A stretch of 64,000 nucleotides of DNA from Adineta vaga (lineage: Eukaryota; Animalia; Rotifera): positions 11,036,001 through 11,100,000 of the forward strand of contig CP075494.1 in the NCBI GenBank assembly GCA_021613535.1, read 5' to 3'. Positions 59,101 through 64,000 of the stretch are shown here, piece after piece. The translations under genes were made by a program, and so were the position numbers. The stretch's first letter is position 1. Each line of letters begins with the position of its first letter. The notes under the pieces are model-generated. The model saw only the letters and a program-made list of their open reading frames with translations, did no database searches and was not told the origin of the DNA.

Positions 59101-59256
59101 ACTGCTATTTGAGGATATTTATTGTTCATAGTTGATTTGAGCACAACGGCATTTGCCTAATGATGAGAAAGATAAATGAAATGAATGATTTAAAAGATCA
59201 ATACATACCACATAAGTAAGAAATAAAACGGAAAGAAGGTGCAGTAAAGACTGCAT
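56181..59256 (-). CDS. APP: Amyloid precursor protein family member (APP/APL-1), multi-exon
   Basis: Signal peptide; E1 domain (ILEFCQQAYP, TFSKIWC, VQPYRCL, IEFICCP); E2 helical domain; acidic/Thr-rich linker; TM; EVD..TPEE..L..LQMNGYENPTYKFFE tail. Confidence 0.95.
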
Positions 59257-59735
59257 CTTGAACACAAGATATAACTAGACTAAGTTAAAAGTTCAAGTCA
59301 CGTAATAAACATTTAATATATGATTTCGGCCATTAGCCATGAACGAAGCCTTCGTAATGAGGAAATTTGTAAAAAATATTTAAACTAAATCAAAATAAGG
59401 AAATTGTAATGAAACATTAATGTTAAAGATTTTTTGAAGATTAATTCTTGAAATTTTGATGTACGATTTTAATAGTTTGTAAAAATAAATCTGATTGGTC
59501 AAATAAACAACCAATCTGATTATAACTTTTTTCGTAATATGATCGTGCGGACGACGTCGATGAGTCGAGTGAACTAACAAACATTCTTCTTCGATAAATG
59601 TTCATGAATTATTTTCAAGGAAAATATGTCAACGAATATCGATAATTCATTAACTATTAAACGGAATCATTACTCGTTTCCTTCATAGCTACAGCTATAC
59701 ATCGTTTATTTTTCATTTTAGAGAAAAAGATTAAC

Positions 59736-60488
59736 ATGCGTCCATTAACTGACGATGAAACGAAAATTTTGTTCGAAAAACTTTCGAAATAGTAAGTGAT
59801 CTGTTCTATATTATTTTCAATTTAATAATGAACATTTTAGTATCGGTGATAATATTCGTATGCTATTAGAACGACCTGATGGTCTCTATACATTTCGTTT
59901 ACATCGTGAACGTGTCTATTATTGCAGGTTTGATTTAAAATTAAAAAACAAGTCGATTTTGACAAATCTAAATTTATATTTTAGCGAAACAATTATTAAA
60001 TTCGCAAGTAATTTTCCTCGAAAAGAATTACTTAGTTTCGGTACTTGTTTTGGTCGATTTACTAAAACACGTAAATTTCGATTACATATAACTGCACTCG
60101 ATTATATTGCTCCTTACGCTAAAGTAAAACTAAAAATTTTCTCTTTACTAATTCTTTCTACTCTAATTATTAGTTCAAAATTTGGTTAAAACCAAATGCT
60201 GAACAACAATTTCTCTATGGACATAATGTTGTCAAATCAGGTTTAGGACGTATTACAGAAAATACACCAAAATATAATGGTGTCATTGTGTATACAATGA
60301 ATGATGTACCATTGGTAAGTATGATTTTTTTTATTGAAGATATCGATATAGATAAGGATTTCGTATAGGGATTTGGTGTTGCAGCAAAATCAACTATTGA
60401 ATGTCGAGCAGCTGATCCTATGGCATTGGTTGTTTTTCATCAAGCCGATGTGGGCGAATTTCTTCGTAATGAAGATGCATTAACATAA
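59736..60488 (+). CDS. NIP7: 60S ribosome biogenesis protein NIP7, 5 exons; divergent from APP
   Basis: [21 protein letters not shown]; [15 protein letters not shown]; [18 protein letters not shown]; [11 protein letters not shown]; [12 protein letters not shown]. Confidence 0.96.
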
Positions 60489-61065
60489 TATCTGTTTCGT
60501 TATGTTTTTGTTATAGAAAAAAAATAAAAAAATTTGGGAAAACTATTGAGTTTTACTTGCTTTTGCCAAGAAAGAATGTCTACATTTAAATTTTTGCAAT
60601 CATACTAAATCAAACGAATAGAGATCGTAAAAGTTAAGATGGTTGACGAAATGATAAATACTGCTCTAGCAGATATTCTATAGATTTGACTCTTATTATT
60701 ATCGAATTACCGTATGATAAATTGATAATATCCGTTTTTATTTGTTTGATCGATCATTTTCAAACATCTCTATGGATTCATAAGGTACTTCATTTTTATA
60801 TTGATCTTGTTCACATTCTTGCTGTAAACATAATTCCATATTCAAATATTGACTCTTATTTTCTTCTATTTGATTTAATTTCCTTCCTAAATGACTATCG
60901 AAGTATATGATTTGATAGTTTCTCCTGTTGTGATATGTAAAGAATGAATAATGACCAATAAAATGATTGATTCTTCTCGAAAAAAAAACTTTTGTACAAA
61001 CGTTATTCATCACTTTATTTCGGCTAGTTGTTATGGCCAACATTGACAACAGATAAATTTCAGCA

Positions 61066-62406
61066 ATGATACTACGCATGAATCCCAATTCATCAAATTA
61101 CGTTGGTTTGCTAACATCAGTTCGATCATGCATTTTTACTCTCCGAAGAAAGCATTATCTTCGTCGTTTTTTTATACTTTTCGTATGTATATTCGTTATT
61201 TTGTTTTCATATACAATTTACAATCAGCAAGGAAATGATATAGAACAAGATATTTTCTCGTTACCTACGCATATCTTTTATACGAACATATCTATTTACA
61301 AACCATTGACACAAAATAAACAACCATCTTATCAACTTGTACTTCTATGGACAGATCTTTTCAATGAATTTTATTGGCATCAACCATTATATTTTAATTC
61401 ATCTATTATTGTTTCATGTTCTTCTATGTATCAATGTCAATTTACACGTAATAAAAATCGATTGTCTCAATCATCGATCGTCGCATTTCATCTCTATGAT
61501 AGTAATAGATATCGATTACCGGATCGAACTTTATCAAAAAATACTTACCAAAAATGGGTATTTGTTACTGGTGAAAGTCCAATTAATTTTTATTATCAAA
61601 ATCCATCATTTTCTCCTCGAATGTTAGATAATTATTTTGATCAATCGATTTCATATAAATACGATTCACCGTATTCCGTATTTTCGCCTATAATAAAATC
61701 TCGAATAATAATGGGACAAAATTTCAATCGTAGTCAAGAATTGAATAGAATGAGTTTAAAATATAAGAATAAATCTATCGTATGGATTGTTTCGAATTGT
61801 AATACATTTTCTCAACGTGAAAAATATGTTGAAGAATTAAAAAACTATATTTCCATTGATATTTATGGTAAATGTGGTCAATCATGTTTCAATCGAACAT
61901 GTCAAATAAATCTTCATGAATATTATTTTTATTTATCTTTCGAAAATTCTCGTTGTAATTCGTATATAACAGAAAAATTTTGGAATATTATTTCGGACAA
62001 TATTCATCGTCTTGTACCGATTGTTATGGGAGCACCCGAAAATAATTATAAACGAATTGCACCCAATCAATCTTATATTCACGTAGATAAATTTCCAACA
62101 CCGAAAGATCTTGCCGTATATTTACATTACCTTATTAATCATCCGGAAAAATATCTTGAATATCTTAAATGGCGAGAATCTTATGTGATTGATCGAAAGA
62201 ATTCACAAGGATGGAACAATATGTTATGCCCTCTTTGTCAAATGGCATATGAACGTCAAATCGATTCGAAAACTCGAATAAATTTTTCAACATGGTATGA
62301 ACCAAAACTTGAATGTCATTCGGATGATGTTCAAGTATTCAAACAGTGTAAACAAGTTAATTTAAGAGACTGGATGGCTTGGATATATGGTAGAAAGTGT
62401 CCGTGA
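61066..62406 (+). CDS. Alpha-1,3-fucosyltransferase (GT10), intronless type II membrane protein
   Basis: N-terminal TM; FH, GESP and WIVSNC motifs; IDIYGKCG; YYFYLSFENSRCNSYITEKFW; VPIVMG; SYIHVDKF; YLEYLKWR. Confidence 0.93.
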   Translation: MILRMNPNSSNYVGLLTSVRSCIFTLRRKHYLRRFFILFVCIFVILFSYTIYNQQGNDIEQDIFSLPTHIFYTNISIYKPLTQNKQPSYQLVLLWTDLFNEFYWHQPLYFNSSIIVSCSSMYQCQFTRNKNRLSQSSIVAFHLYDSNRYRLPDRTLSKNTYQKWVFVTGESPINFYYQNPSFSPRMLDNYFDQSISYKYDSPYSVFSPIIKSRIIMGQNFNRSQELNRMSLKYKNKSIVWIVSNCNTFSQREKYVEELKNYISIDIYGKCGQSCFNRTCQINLHEYYFYLSFENSRCNSYITEKFWNIISDNIHRLVPIVMGAPENNYKRIAPNQSYIHVDKFPTPKDLAVYLHYLINHPEKYLEYLKWRESYVIDRKNSQGWNNMLCPLCQMAYERQIDSKTRINFSTWYEPKLECHSDDVQVFKQCKQVNLRDWMAWIYGRKCP

Positions 62407-62595
62407 ATAAATTTTTTTTTAATGATTTTTTCTTGAAAAGAATAAGTCGTACATATGTGGCTTTACTGTGTATTATATAATTTTGTTTTATATGAAATAA
62501 ATATTTGAAAAGAAGATCAAAGAATATTTTCAGTGAATGAACTTTATTTCTTCTTTGTATAAAAGATATTTGAAATGTTATAGTGGAAAACTTGA

Positions 62596-63030
62596 TCATA
62601 ATGAAATATGCGGATCATCTACTACAATTGGTTTCAAATCAGGAGAAATAAAGGAACGTTTTGCATCAGTTGAAAACATTAAGCCTGGTGAATAATATTC
62701 TTTCCATAAAGACGAATTCAGTAGATTGGAATTTTGAACAAGAAAAATATTCGAATCTGATACAGATGAATCACATTTTTGTGTTGCATTCCAAACTAAT
62801 GTTGTCCATAATTGAGTCATAGTTTCATGAAAACCGACAGTTAATTTCGATGCATGAATTCCATTAAAATGTTGTATACCTTGACGAATTTTTGCTAAAG
62901 CTTCATCAAAATTTCTTGATGATTTACATACTAAATATGCCATACGAATATGAGCTGCATGTGTCCATTGTTCAAATGGTAAAACACCAGTTTGAAAATC
63001 ATCTAAAAACTGTATATCAGCATCCATCAT
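62596..63030 (-). CDS. Intronless conserved hypothetical protein of microbial type (HGT candidate)
   Basis: 144-aa ORF with WTHAAHIRMAY, GFHETMTQLW and YYS..LMFS.DAK..F..PDLKPI motifs. Confidence 0.75.
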   Translation of the reverse strand: MMDADIQFLDDFQTGVLPFEQWTHAAHIRMAYLVCKSSRNFDEALAKIRQGIQHFNGIHASKLTVGFHETMTQLWTTLVWNATQKCDSSVSDSNIFLVQNSNLLNSSLWKEYYSPGLMFSTDAKRSFISPDLKPIVVDDPHISL

Positions 63031-63729
63031 TCAATTCTCTAGATACAAAAATAAAACATCAATAATTTACTTATCTTTCGTACAAAACATTTCATAATGA
63101 TAATAGTAGATAAAAATTTGAAGATTGCGTTATTTAACCGCTAAATGACACAGCAATCTTTTCAAAATTTCTTCTTATCGTAAAACTTCCAAAACAAACT
63201 ATAACACCTTTACGGTTTCTAATTAAATCGTATTCGTCGATCTTTTTTCTTATTTGAATTTGTTAATATTATGTTCGTCTATTTCTAGCTCAATTTGTTA
63301 TCATGACATTATATTGAAAGAAAAGAAAAGAAAAATCTGTTGTTAATGTAAATGAAAACTATTTCGAACATTTATTTCAAATAGAATGTGATTTTAAGGA
63401 GTAAAATAATACATATGAATGACAAAGAGAAAGATAAGTGTGTGTAAAATTGACTATATTTCTTTCCCTTTCTTGGCACTTAGCAGCTAATTCCATTCAC
63501 TAAAGTAGGGTCGATATATCAATAGATAGATTTGTTTGGGTTTTTTTTTCTTTTTTTCATATTTTTCAATAAATAAAATCAACCATATACAATACGTTCA
63601 TGTTTATCACATACAAAATGATCTTGATAATAACTGTTCGAATAGTCGAAACGTTGAATAAAAGGTTTTAATTTATCTATTTAAAACTCATATATCTCCT
63701 CAAAGCCGTTGTTGTCGAGCTGATTTTAT

Positions 63730-64000
63730 TTAAATCTTTGTTCTTGAATCAATTATTCCATTTCCATTCTTTTCATTATGAAAAATTTTCATGAGATCTT
63801 GAATGATACTTTCCAAATAACTATTTCCACCCAGTACATCAATTTCATCATAAATTTGTTTGGCTAAATCATCACAAACTTGTCGTGTATAGTCGAGTGA
63901 ACCAAATTCATGTAATAATCGTACACAATAACGTTTTAATTCCACATCTTCTGTACGTTGTTTAAGTATATGAATAATTCGCGTATCTGTTTCACGTGTA
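63730..64000 (-). CDS. GGPS1: Geranylgeranyl diphosphate synthase, 3' end only
   Basis: IIHILKQRTEDVELKRYCVRLLHEFGSLDYTRQ...IDVLGGNSYL matches the GGPPS C-terminus. Confidence 0.85.
   Translation of the reverse strand, partial: TRETDTRIIHILKQRTEDVELKRYCVRLLHEFGSLDYTRQVCDDLAKQIYDEIDVLGGNSYLESIIQDLMKIFHNEKNGNGIIDSRTKI

Noticed and set aside
60686-61088. ORFs between NIP7 and the fucosyltransferase
   Set aside because: No motifs and low-complexity composition; one overlaps the GT10 start on the antisense strand

Overview
AT-rich, gene-dense animal genomic DNA. Most introns are short GT-AG introns of about 50-65 nt. The composition, intron size and mix of metazoan and foreign-looking genes suggest a bdelloid rotifer (inference). 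About 29 protein-coding genes can be reconstructed, plus one solitary 5S rRNA gene and a candidate intronic H/ACA snoRNA in RPS5. Recognisable genes: UBTD, PPP4C, ABHD17, a cystatin, FECH, DDOST, a RING-H2 protein, a SIK kinase, Wnt, COA6, an LRR protein, RPS5, a WH+nucleoside-phosphorylase-fold protein, beta-sarcoglycan, an SLC15 transporter, a PRXamide precursor, CAB39, a tetraspanin, APP, NIP7, a GT10 fucosyltransferase and the 3' end of GGPS1. The most unusual feature is a 9-exon gene (22067-25230, minus strand) that splices in frame into three Capicua-long-isoform-like Cys3His repeats, an IRX/MKX-type TALE homeodomain and BRCA1-type tandem BRCT domains, an architecture I do not know from elsewhere. 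Also notable are an intronless RAD51D-like protein with a destroyed Walker A motif, an intron-containing SQD2-like (sulfolipid synthase) glycosyltransferase, a bulb-lectin/glycosyltransferase-like fusion and two further intronless HGT candidates. All homology calls come from motif recognition from memory, not from database searches.
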